Part shown: piece after piece, positions 37,561 through 50,042 of the stretch
Layout: every line of letters starts with the position of its first letter
Numbering within the stretch: the first letter of the stretch is position 1
Source of the DNA: Lama glama
Lineage: Eukaryota
Direction of reading: 5' to 3'
DNA length: 64,000 nt
Assembly: GCA_028534125.1 (NCBI GenBank)
Contig: CM052817.1
Coordinates: 44,766,001-44,830,000 of the forward strand
Made by a program: the position numbers and the translations under genes
Notes under the pieces: generated by a model
Told to the model about the DNA's origin: nothing
Databases searched by the model: none
Seen by the model: the letters and a program-made list of their open reading frames with translations, nothing else

Positions 37561-40072
37561 AGGATAAGGTTCTTCGTTTAATTCTGTTTTAATCTGTTGG
37601 AAAGGCTTGTTCATTGTTTTCTGTGCTCACTACTGTTTCAAAAAATGTGTTGTTGAAGGAAAGAAAGGATGAAAGCCGCTGGAGAGAGAACAAGAGAAAG
37701 AGTGGAAGGGGAGGGAGAGGAATAGCCTGATTTCTAATGTTGGAAAGGCCTTTTAGTCCGGATTTTTTTTCTGGAAATCCTGGCACTCGGTGAGCCTCAC
37801 CGCCTCTGTAAATCGAGCGCTGCTTAGTGGTGTCTTGCTCGTCACCAGCTGCTTTCCAGAGTCCCTTCCAGCCCTTGTGTTGATTCTTCTGCCTCGACTC
37901 ACCTCAGCCATGAAATTGCCATCCTGTTGGCCCTGATAGGCAGATGTCCACGTAAATATGGATTGCATGGGGATGTATTTTGGGTTTGCTGAGTTCTCTT
38001 GCGACTTCTGAGTGTTCTTGATTGAAATAGGAAGCGTTGCTTCTAAAGGAAGTGAAGCAAAAACATCCCTCCCCAAATTATTGCAGTAGGTGGTTAAATT
38101 GTGTGTGTCATGGTGGGATACTTTTTGTAGTCATTTAAAGATGAATCTTCTCTTCGAAGTCTCTGGGAATAAATTAGCTTCACCTTTGGGCACCTCTTAA
38201 GTATCTGGATTGTAGTAAAGGTGCCTTGGCTGGTACTAGTTCCTGCATCTTCACTTGCTGTGTGGGTTCAGCTGCCTTTTCTGGGCACAATGGAAAGCCC
38301 TGGAGTCCCACTACCTTAAATAAATCACAGTTCTGCCTCTTCATAATTATTCACCCCCAGGCACAGTTGCTTAAACTTGTTTCAGGTTCATTATTTCCTA
38401 GTGTGAAAATGGGGGAAATAATGGTATCTGCCTATAGGGTTATTGGGAAATTCAATAAGATAATGAATGTAAAGCATTTAATGTAGTGCTGGCAAGTAAG
38501 AATCCCTCAGTAACTGCTGAGTATTGTTACTATCTCAGCTGTGAACTGGGGATGGTAATATTTGCCGGACTACTTCACAGAGCTGTTGTAGAAGAGTCAG
38601 TTAAAGGAGAAAGCTATGGATATAGTCATGATAAGGAGCGCGATTAGTTGTTTTTATTATCTTTGATAATATCTTTAATAGTTTGTTTGACTGCAAATTC
38701 AGGCTTTTATGACTTTGAGGAAGGAAGATTTCTCGATAGGACTGAGGGTAAGGGTCATGTCCAACTTGCTGCTAGTACTGTGCCTGACACACAGTAGGTA
38801 CTCTGTGGTTGCCATGCGAGGCACTGGCGATGCAATAGGGAGTAAAACAGACTTGTCTTTGTCATCTTGTTACTTAGTTTCTAGTGTTTGTTGCATGAAT
38901 TAATAAGAAACCGCCTATTTTCATGATTCTTGCATCCTCATAAGTTGATATTTGCTCCATATAGTAATTTTGATTTCATATCTGGTAGAAAATAAGTAAG
39001 ATTCTTTTTATTTCACCACATTCCATACCTTATTTCCAGTCATTACTCAGAGGATCTCTCATTCATTCTCTTCTCTCCCCTCTTCTGTCTCTGTTGCAAC
39101 ACAAAGGTAAAATGCATTACATAGAGTAATCTATGAGGTGTTATTTAAGAGTGAGGATGAGGAGTTCCAGCTGCTTTTTCTAGCCTTATTGGCAGGCAGT
39201 GTGATCATTTTGTTTCCAGATGGGATTGCTTAAATATGCATAACAGTGTTGCCAAACATTACTGGATTTTTCCCACTCAAGGACTAATTACTATCTCTGA
39301 AGCACTTCACTGCAATAAGTCTTAGTTCACATACTTTCCAGAAAAAAAAAAGTATTTGAACAACAAAAACAACAGAACTTTAAGCTGAGATGTTATAAAA
39401 CGGTCTTGAATTGGTAAAGACCCTTGGCATCTGGACCAAGTGCTATAAATCATCCCTTCTGGACTGCAGTGAGCCTAGACAACCGTACACTCAGCCCAGT
39501 TCTCACAGAATTTTTGCTACAGATAAATTCACAATGGACATGAGCTCACCAACAAAAATGACAAAAATCCATGAGGAAATAAGGCACAATGACTAAGGGA
39601 CAACAGAAACAACAAAGAATCAGATCTCTAGAAATTGTATGCATTCGAATGTTTAGATGCAGAATATAAATAAATATGACTAGTTATGTATAAATGTATA
39701 TATTTACATACATAAAATAAACATGCACAGCATGTTTAGGAAATAATAGAGGAAATTGGAAATATGAGCAAAATATAAAAACTATTTCTTTAAGTGGATG
39801 TGAAAAAGAACCAAATAGAGCTGATATAAATGAAAAATATAATCATTGCAATTAAAATCTCTATGGGCTGGTTAAATAGATTAGACCAGCTCAAGAGAGA
39901 ATTAGTTAACTAGAAATAGTTCTGAATAAATGCCAAAGTACACTACAAAAATGTAAACATATAGAAAATACGGAAGAGAAGAGATATGAAGATATGGAGG
40001 AAAAGAGTAAGACCTAACATAGTTCTAAGCAGATTTCCGTAAGAAGATGGTAGAATTGGAGAGGCAATATTT

Positions 40073-40980
40073 TATTTTTATTTATTTTTTAAATTGAGAT
40101 TATAGTTGATTTACAATATTATATTAAGATGTACAAAATAGCAATTCAAAAAATTTATGGATTATATCACTTTAAAATTATTATAAAATATTGGCTTTAT
40201 TCCCTGTGCTGTACAATATATCATTGTAGCTTATTTTTGTACACAGTAGTTTGTACTTCTTAATCCCCTACCCCATCATGGGCCTTCCCTCTCCCCACTG
40301 GTAACCACTAGTTTGTTCTCCATATCTGTGAGTTTGTTTCTTTTTTGTTATATTAACTAGTTTGTTTTATTTTTTTAGACTCCACATATAAGTGATATCA
40401 TACAGAATTTGTCGTTTTCTATCTGACTTACTTCACTAAGCATAATACCCTCCAGGTCCATCCATGTTGTTACAAATGGCACAATTTCATTCTTTTTAAT
40501 GGTTGAGTGGTATTCCATTGTGTGTGTGGAATCTTCTTTATTCATTCATCTGTTGATGGGTGCTTAGGCTGCTTCCATATTTTGGCTATTATAGATAATA
40601 CTGCTATGAACATTGGAGTGCATGTATCTTTTTAAATTAGTGTTTTGTTTTCTTTAGATATATACCCAGGAGTGGAGTTGCTGGATCATATGGTAGTTCT
40701 ATTTTTAGGTTTTTGAGGAACCTCCATTCTGTTTCACACAGTGGCTGCACCAATTTATATTCTCACCAACAGTGTACAAGGGTGCCCCTTTCTCCACATC
40801 CTAATCAATATTTGTCATTTGTAGTCTTTTTGATGACGGCCATTCTTACAGGTGTGAGGTGATATCTTATTTGATTTGCATTTTTCTGATAATCAGTGAT
40901 GTTGAACAACCATCTTCTTATGGAAATCTACTTAGAAGTATGTTGGCCATCTATATGTCTTCTTTGGGAAAATGTCTATT
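40073..40980 (-). mobile_element. L1 3' fragment nested in an older L1
   Basis: L1 ORF2 end and 3' UTR; TSD GAGAGGC(A/G)ATATTT at 40059-40072 and 40981-40994. Confidence 0.85.
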
Positions 40981-41159
40981 GAGAGGCGATATTTCAAAAG
41001 ATAATGGCTAAGAATTTTCCAGACTTGATTAAAGAAACAAATCCCCAATATCAGGAAGAACAATGGACCCTGAATAAGATAAATAAGAATAAAATCTCAC
41101 TTCACATTTCACCATAAATGCGAAAGACAAATAGTTGACATTAAAAGTAGCCAGATAGA

Positions 41160-42098
41160 GGACTTCCGGGCAAGATGGCGGAGTGGAAGGACGCTTGTAG
41201 GTCACCCTCTCCCACAAGTGCACCGAGACCCACATCTACGGACCCACTCGGCCAACCGGAGCACCTGCGGAACTCCNNNNNNNNNNNNNNNNNNNNNNNN
41301 NNNNNNNNNNNNNNNNNNNNNNNNNNNNNNNNNNNNNNNNNNNNNNNNNNNNNNNNNNNNNNNNNNNNNNNNNNNNNNNNNNNNNNNNNNNNNNNNNNNN
41401 NNNNNNNNNNNNNNNNNNNNNNNNNNNNNNNNNNNNNNNNNNNNNNNNNNNNNNNNNNNNNNNNNNNNNNNNNNNNNNNNNNNNNNNNNNNNNNNNNNNN
41501 NNNNNNNNNNNNNNNNNNNNNNNNNNNNNNNNNNNNNNNNNNNNNNNNNNNNNNNNNNNNNNNNNNNNNNNNNNNNNNNNNNNNNNNNNNNNNNNNNNNN
41601 NNNNNNNNNNNNNNNNNNNNNNNNNNNNNNNNNNNNNNNNNNNNNNNNNNNNNNNNNNNNNNNNNNNNNNNNNNNNNNNNNNNNNNNNNNNNNNNNNNNN
41701 NNNNNNNNNNNNNNNNNNNNNNNNNNNNNNNNNNNNNNNNNNNNNNNNNNNNNNNNNNNNNNNNNNNNNNNNNNNNAACAAACAAACAAAAACAAAGCAT
41801 AAATACAGGACAGAAATAGACTCATGGACAGAGAATACAGACTTGTGGTTACCGGGGTGGGGGGCGGGGTAGAGGGTGGGAAGGGATAGACTGGGGTTTC
41901 AAAATTGTAGAATAGATAAACATGATTACACTGTACAGCACAGGGAAATATACACAAAATGTTATGATAAATCACAGAGAAAAAAATGTGACAATGAGTG
42001 TGTATATGTCCATGAATGACTGAAAAATTGTGCTGAACACTGGAATTTGACACAACACTGTAAAATGATTATGAATCAATAAAAAATGTTAAAAAAAA
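41160..42098 (+). mobile_element. Young, probably full-length L1 (5' UTR start and 3' end; interior in gap)
   Basis: CpG-rich 5' start GGACTTCCGGGCAAGATGGCGG, L1 3' UTR with poly(A), 17-bp TSD AAAAGTAGCCAGATAGA at 41143-41159 and 42099-42115. Confidence 0.85.
41277..41776. other. Assembly gap (500 N)
   Basis: Run of exactly 500 N. Confidence 0.99.
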
Positions 42099-43658
42099 AA
42101 AAGTAGCCAGATAGAAAAGGTGGATTAATTACAAAGGAACAAAAAGAATAGACTAAAAGCTAACATATAAACCAGTGAAAGAAGACAAAGACATTAAATA
42201 ATCAAGGTTTCAGTGAGAACAACTGTTGATTTAGAACTGAATACTTAGTAAAACTATCTTTCAATAATATGGATCAAAAACATTTTTAGACAAAAACTGG
42301 CAGAATTTATCATCAAAAGACAATAACTAAAGAAAATTCTAAAGGTTGCACTTCAGATAAAAGAGAAGTGATCCCAACATGAATATTAATATCAGATGAA
42401 ATGTTGAACAAGGAAAATTATAAATCTGTAGGTATTCTTTTAAAAAGTAGGTTGTATAAAACCATAATAAATTCTAATTAGTGAAGATTAATAAAAAAGA
42501 CTTATCTAAAATACTGAATTATTTTATTTAATTAAGAAGAGGATACATATATTGATTAAAGAAATATAAAGAAAGATATATTAGGCAGATATTAACCAAA
42601 AGAAATCTGATGTAACCATATTAATATCAGGTAGAATAAACTTTAAGACAAAAAAGATCATTAGAGATATAAAAATATTAAAAGTATCATTATGCAAAAA
42701 TGATAGAATGCATACACAGTAAACAGAGATATACAATTCTAAACTTGTGTGCACCTAATGACATAGGTTAAAGTATAAAAAGGAAAATTGATAGAGCTAT
42801 AAAGAGAAATTAATACACTATCCTAATGGGAAGACTTTAGTACAACTCTCAGTAATAAATCAAACAGACCAAAAAAATCAGTGAGGACAAAGGATTTAAA
42901 GCTTGATCTAAAGACTGTATGCGGAACTTTGCATCCAACAATCACAGAAAACACATTCTTTTCAAAAGGATATAGAACATTATATATACAAGTTCATAAA
43001 GCAAGTTTTAACACATCTCTGACTTAGTATCATTTAACCCACAACCCTGATCAGACTGCAGTTAAGTTACATATCAGTAATAAAATCACATTTAAAAGCA
43101 TTTATTTGAAAATAAAACCACACAAATAAGGAAGATACCAAAGTGGAAATTAAAGAATAAATGTAGGAATACCAAAAATTGTAGGATAAAGCTAAAGTGA
43201 TACTTAGAATGAAATCACCTTAAATTATTAAACTGACAATGAAGAAAAATTAAGACCTAAATAAATGGAAATATATCTCATGTTTATGAATTGGAAGACT
43301 TAATATAAAGAAGACAGTACTACCTGAAGTGATACACTAATCCAGTGCAATCCTTCTCAAAGCCCCAATGATGTTTTTGGAAGAAATGGAAAAACTCATC
43401 CTAAAATTTGTATAGAATTTTGGGTCAATGGTCCCAAAATAGTCAAAACGATCTTGAGAAAGAAGAGCCAAGTTGGAAGACTCACATTTCCTTATTTCAA
43501 AACATACAAAAAGCTACGACGATCAAAACCATCTATATAGACAAATGAAATAGAATTGAGAGCCCAGAAATAAACTCTCACATCTGTGGTCAATTGATTT
43601 TTGACAAGGGTGCCAAGACCAATGAGGAGAAAATTATCTCCTCAGTAAATGATACTGG

Positions 43659-44222
43659 AGCACACCAATGTTCATAACAGCACAATTTATGATAGCCAAG
43701 ACATGGAAACAACCGAAATGTCCATCAACAGACAACTGGATAAAGATGTGGTACATATATACAATGTAACACTACCCAGCCATAAAAAAAGAATAAAATA
43801 ATGCCATTTGCAGCAATATGGATGGACCTAAAGATTGTCATTCTAAGTGAAGTGGGCGGGAAAGAGAAAGAATAAATGCCATATGACATCATTTATATGA
43901 GGAATCTAAAAAATAATAACAATAATAGGACACAAATGAACTATTCTTTTGATTTCTTGAATATGTGTAAGCACACTTGACTGTCCGTTATGATTGGGTT
44001 ACTGCATTCTGTTGATTATTATTTGATAGTTGGCTTTATTCCTTTGATAACTATATAAGTTTAAAAAGCTAAAGATCTAATCTGTTCTTAGAAACAATAG
44101 TACATATATGTAAACTAAAAAATATGCAGTATACTGTATATATGTATTTACATGCAATATAATATGTATGTGCAGTCAAACTGTAATAATTCTACCTAAT
44201 AAAACTGAAAAAGGAAAAAAAT
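43659..44222 (+). mobile_element. L1 3' fragment with atypical 3' tail, nested in older L1 ORF2
   Basis: 13-bp TSD TAAATGATACTGG at 43646-43658 and 44223-44235. Confidence 0.8.
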
Positions 44223-47200
44223 TAAATGATACTGGGAAAAATGGATAGCCACATGCAAAAGTATGAAGCTGGACCCCTGACTTATAGAATATACAAAAAT
44301 CAACTCAAACATGGATTAAAGACAAATTTAAGAGCTAAAACTACAACTTTCTTAGAAGAAAATATAGGAGCATATCTGCATAACCTTGGATTTGACACTG
44401 GTTTCTTATATATGATATCAAAAGCAGAAGCAAAAAAGAAAAAAAACAGATAAACTGGACTTCATAAAAATCACAAACCATCATTGTGTTGTGCACCAAA
44501 TGGCACTATCAAGAGAGTGAAAAAACAATCCACAGAATGGGAGAAAATATTTGTGACTCAAATATCTGATAAGAGTATAGTATCCAGAATATATTTTTAA
44601 AAATTCCTATCACTTAACAACAAAAAGACAAACAGTCCAGTTAAAAAACAGATGAAGGACTTGAATAGATACTCCTCCAAAAAAAAGATATACAAGTGGC
44701 CAATCAACACGTTAAAAGATGCTCAACATCATTAGTCATTAGTGAGATGCAAATCAAAACCACAATAAGATACTACTTCACACCAACTAGGATGGTTATA
44801 AAAAGAAACAAATAAATAAATAAATACAAAAAATTACAAAGGTTGGAAATGATGTGGAGAAATTGGAACCCTTGTGCATTGCTGGTGGAATGTAAAATGG
44901 TGCAGCTGCTGTGAAAAACAGTTTGGCAGTTCCTCAAAAAGCTAAACATAGGCTTACCCTATGACTCAGCAACTCCAGTCTTGGTATAAAACCCTCAGAA
45001 TTGGAAAACAGGGACTTAGATATTTGTACAGAATATGCACAGCAGCATTATTCACAATAACCAAGAGGCAGAAACATCCCAGATTTCCATCAGCAAATAA
45101 ATGGATAAACAAAATGTGATTTATACACACAATGGAATACTGCTTAACCATAAAAGAAATGAAGTTCTCATACATGCTACAACATGCATGAATTGAAAAT
45201 ATTATGTTAAATGAAAAGAGCCAAATGCAAAAGGACAGATATTGTATGACTTCACTTATATGAGATATCTAGAATAAGCAAATTCGTTAGGACAGGAAGT
45301 AAGTTAGAGGTTACTAGGGACTAGTGGGAGGAGGAATAGGGAGTTACTCCTTACTGAGCAGAGAATTTCTGTTTGAGGTGGTTAAAATTTTTGGAAATAG
45401 ATAGTCGTGATGCTTGCAGAGCATTGTGAATGTATTAATGCCACCGAATTGTACACTTAGAATGGTTAAAATGGCAAATTTTATGTCATGTGTATTTTGC
45501 CACAATTTTTTTAAATTGTTAAAAAATGCAAAAAAAAGAAAGAAGAAGAAAGTTTGCAAATTAATGAGCTAAGAACCCAAATGAACAAATTGGAAAAATA
45601 GCCAAATAAACCCCAAAGGAAGAATACTGTTCATGTTGAACAAAAGAAAGACAGACTGAAAAGAGTACGGATGCTTCCATTTACATGAAGTTTTGAAAAA
45701 GGCAAAACTGTGGTTATTTAAGGTAATTGATGGCAAAGAGGCAGAATGGAGCCAGCTGGGATGCTGGCAATGACCTGTATCTTGATCTCAGTCGTGGATA
45801 TGGGGGTGCACACGTATAAAAATTCAGTGAGCTGTACACTTCACATTTGCACACTTTGCTGTGTATGCTATACGTGAATAGAAAAACAAGAAACATATGG
45901 AACACCTTCTATCAGGAAAGTAATCCTGGAGAATTCTGTCTGCCATCATCACACATAGAAATGAGGCTTCTGGGAGTCATAGGACACCCAAAAGTCTGCA
46001 GACTTCCCCGTATATGCCTTTTGTGATACTCCTCCAGGTGAAGGGTATTTAAAATATTTAACAGCCAGTATGACATATGCAAGAACCAATCCAGAGACTG
46101 GCCAGCCAGATTGCAGCACCAGGGTTCTGGAGTCCCCTGGCCATTGCTGGGATCACCTCTTTAGCTGCTGGTTTTGGCAGGAGGGTTGGTTCCAAGGAGG
46201 TGGCTGAGGCAGTCAGGGCACAGTGGTCACTCGGCATTGCTCAGAGCAGAGCCTATTTACCAGCCAACACAGTGTTTTGACAACCATTATGGTCTTAAAC
46301 TGTGCTTGTTGGCTGAGTGTCAACTCTCTCCCTCACCCACAGACTCTCCCTAGAGACTTCTCTCCACAGTGCCACAAGTGGCTTCTTGAAAACTGCCATC
46401 TATGAAAGCCAAATAGTAACAATAAAGGGTGAGGCATGACACTAGCAATCAGCAAGTGAGTGTGTTTATCACTTGGTCAGTGCCATGCAGCAAAATGATA
46501 AGTAGGGGCTTACAAATAAAACCGAAGAGGTTGCTGCCCTCAAGAGGTTATGGCCTGATGGATGGATGGGTCCGCGAGCTCCAGCAGGCTGCTAGATTTG
46601 AGAGATACCCGAGGCATCTGCAATAAGCTAGGCACATTCAAAGGAATATGGAAGAGAGCTCTACTGCTACTTTTTGGAGTGGTGGACAGTAAAGAGTAGA
46701 TGGAATGTGGGGATATACTGCTGGTAGGATGTAGCTGGTACAAGTTAATATGGAGAGCAATCTAGCAGGACTCAGTCAAATCAACTTTTCAGTGTGTTAC
46801 AACCGTCTGCTCTCTGATTTATTCCTCACCTGTCCCTGCTCTGCCTTGGCACCTGCAGGCTACATTTGGGATAGTTTAACTAGCAGAACTTACTGAAAGG
46901 AGACTGGGGTAGGGGAAGGAAAAGTCAGGGTGTTTCTCTTTTTTCCTCTGTCTCCAGGGGGTACCTATATTTCTTCCTTTTCTTCCAGCTTCCCCCAGGT
47001 ACCCTGACATGGCTCCAGTTCCCATCAGACCCAGGCTTCTATGACAAGTAATTCTTGCAGTTTGGATGTGCTGGGCGCATTCCTGCTATTGCTAACCTTT
47101 CGGATACCTTGTATCCCTTGTTTGGCTCTTAGCACTTCCATCACCTCTGTAATCTGTTCTTTGCATTAAAGTCCCTTGGTTTTACATGCTCAGAGTGACT

Positions 47201-49067
47201 TCTGTTATCCTAGTAGGACCCAGACTGATGTATATGTTACTTCTACCCCAGCATTTCTGCTCAGGGGTGTGATGTAGGAATCCAGAGGGATTCTCACTCA
47301 TAAGGGAAGATGTATGAGGATGTTCGTCACAGCATTGTTAGCAGTATCAGTGAGTTGAGGGCAGAGCGCATGTCCATTTCTGTAGTGTGGATGGATGAAA
47401 CGGATGGACAAGTAGGCATCAGTTAGACACAACAGTCTAGATTTTACTTGACAACATGGTTCAGACTTTTTAAAAAATGTAGCACTAGGTGAAGAAAGAA
47501 AGAATGAGATTTTTACTACAACATGATTTATGTATATTAAAATGCCTCCACACATAACAAAAATATACATTTTACAGAACTCATACAGAGAGAAGGATAT
47601 ACTTACTTCATACACTTAAGAATGATTGCTAATAGGGAGGACAGAGGAATAAAAGTGGAAAATGGAGAAGAAAAGGAGTATATGAATGAATGACTAAGAG
47701 AGGGCCTTACACACCCAACTGCTAAGCACCATGAATTAAAGAATAAGATTTAATCAGCGTGCTGTACCTGAAGTTGAAAAAAAAAAACGTTGCCAGAAAA
47801 ATAGTTAGTAGGTGGCACTGAGACATAATTTCCAAGAACACATTGTGGCTTGTGGAATGCTGAAACAACATCTGCTCCAAAGCCAAGTTAGTTGCAATAA
47901 TAAGAACAACATGGGACAGATGGTGAGGCAAGGGCCAAACCGAGTGACCAGTACTGGAGAAAGCAGGGGTGCTGTCGAAATTCTGTGGCAAATTTACGTG
48001 AGCCTCATTTGCAGGGGATTCTAGGTCTGATATTCTTGTCAGTTGCACTCAAGCACGAGCAGAGATTATGACTTGGAGTCTCACCACTGAATATAAGTGA
48101 TACCAAGGATTACTCCTTCATGCTTTTAAGGGTCAACTGTGGCCTTGAAGGTTGGGCTGCTTTTTCAAGTGGAGCTCAGGTTATGATCGATATATGCACT
48201 AAAAAATTAGAAACAAGAAGCATTTGGAGTGTGTTATGGAGGACCTGAATTCTCACCAGAGTAATTAAATTAAAATATGACAATAATAGAAGAGAAATAC
48301 TTCATCATCACACTAGACTTTCCTTTTCCTTGATTTTATGTTTAGAGTTGGTATGATTTCCTTGGTCCAAAATCATACAAGTTCTGGAAGATTCTTTGTG
48401 TAAGAGGTTGTAAGAATACTTAAAAAAGGATCATATGTAGAACCTGCAATATAGTCAATATCAATTCAAAACCATGTTGTATCTGTAATTCATTAAACTT
48501 TAAGTGAGTATTGCTCTTCTCTTTTTACCACTGGAAAAGCTAAATGTGTTTTGTTCATTCATTGTGGTGTTACTCCAAACATAATTAACTCCCTTTCAGG
48601 AATTAACATATTTGATGGTGTTTATTTGGGCTTTTTCAAATTGTACATAATGATATTAAAGAGATATTTATTAAGTTGAACTGAATCTTTGTATCCATAG
48701 ATTGTGAAGGCAAAGAAGTGGTTCAAATAAAACAAGATGCATTATTGACTTATTAGATTTATTAGGTCATGTCTAATGACATGAAAAGATTAAGATAATC
48801 ACTCAAGTTCATGCAGGCAATTAGTGGGGGAACCCCATCCTAACCCGGAGTTCTACACTTAAATGTTGACTCATAAAGCAAGCTGAAGAGGCAATATAAT
48901 ATAGTGGTTGAGACCAACCTGGATTTGAATCACAGCCCCACCACTTACTAATGATGGGCAAGTCCCTTGCAGTCTCTACACATAAGCAGTTTCTTCTTCA
49001 ATAAACAGACCTAATAACAGTATGTTATACAGTTGTTATAGGGATGCAGAATGGAGATTATCTGAAG

Positions 49068-49367
49068 CTGTACTCTCCAATAGAAATACAATGCAAACCA
49101 CAAATGTGAGCCATTTATGCAATTTTAAATTTTCTAGTAGTCATTTTAGGAAGTAAAAAGAATAAAATTACCTTTGATAACATATCATTCAATCCAATAT
49201 ATCGAAAATATTATTTTAACATGCAATCGATGTAAAAATATTAATGAGGTATTTTGTATTCTTTTTTTTCATACTAAGTCTTCAAAATTTAAGCACATCT
49301 TGGTTTGGACTAGCCACATTTCAAGTGCTTAGTGGCCACATGTGGCTGGTGGCTACCGTACTAGCCA
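49068..49367. mobile_element. MER33-like (hAT-Charlie)
   Basis: CCAATAGAAATA...GCCACATTTCAAGTGCT...GCCACATGTGGCT motifs. Confidence 0.7.
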
Positions 49368-49911
49368 ATCAAATATTAAGTATTTAGCCAAGTGCCTATC
49401 ACCAAGAAAGCACGCAAGGAGTACTGACTCAAAAGCATTCCCTGGACTTAGTCCCAGGTTGGTTGCACCCCTTCCTCTGTTATAAGCATAGAAAAGATTT
49501 GTTAGCAGCACAAGCTTGAAGTCTCATACTTCCTCCATTTCAGTTATTCTTGGCCTGTTTGCTCCAGGGAATAGGAGGTAGCCCTTTTTTCCCTTCTGAC
49601 AGGAGCAGAGCGTTGTTAGCCCTGGAGCTTTTCAGATGAGAGTTTCCCTGAAAATCAAGATAAAGAGTGTAACCTCCATAAAGGATTTCACAGGACTTTC
49701 GTCCTTGCGAACAGATTGCATCTGGCCGGGTGAATATTTAATGTGCTTTTATTACCACTGGAATACACCTGGAGTCAAAATTATATCATAAAAGATTATT
49801 TCTACCCATGATGTGGGTAAACACCTTCCTTTTATCCTTCCCATCGCATTCCTCCTAGGTTTCCTTGGGAATCTAGCCCCAAGCAGTACAATTAATTCAT
49901 TTGAATTGCCT

Positions 49912-50042
49912 CTTTTTTTTCTGAGGGGGAGGTAATTAGGTTTACTCACTTATTTATTTTAATGGAGGTACTGGGGATTGAACCCAGGACTTCAGGCATG
50001 CTAAGCACCCACTCTACCACTAAGCTCTTCCCTCCCTCCCCT
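49912..50042 (-). mobile_element. Vic-1-type SINE
   Basis: SINE core with the common CCTAATTACCTCCCCC tail. Confidence 0.83.

Larger units (their letters stand above)
39540..45900 (+). mobile_element. Old degraded L1 (L1M-type) sequences hosting several younger insertions
   Basis: A-rich decayed ORF1/ORF2-like sequence with L1MB-like 3' end near 45500; boundaries approximate. Confidence 0.75.

Noticed and set aside
41141..42053. Long ORFs (181-283 aa) in the ORF track
   Set aside because: Artefacts of translating the 500-N gap.
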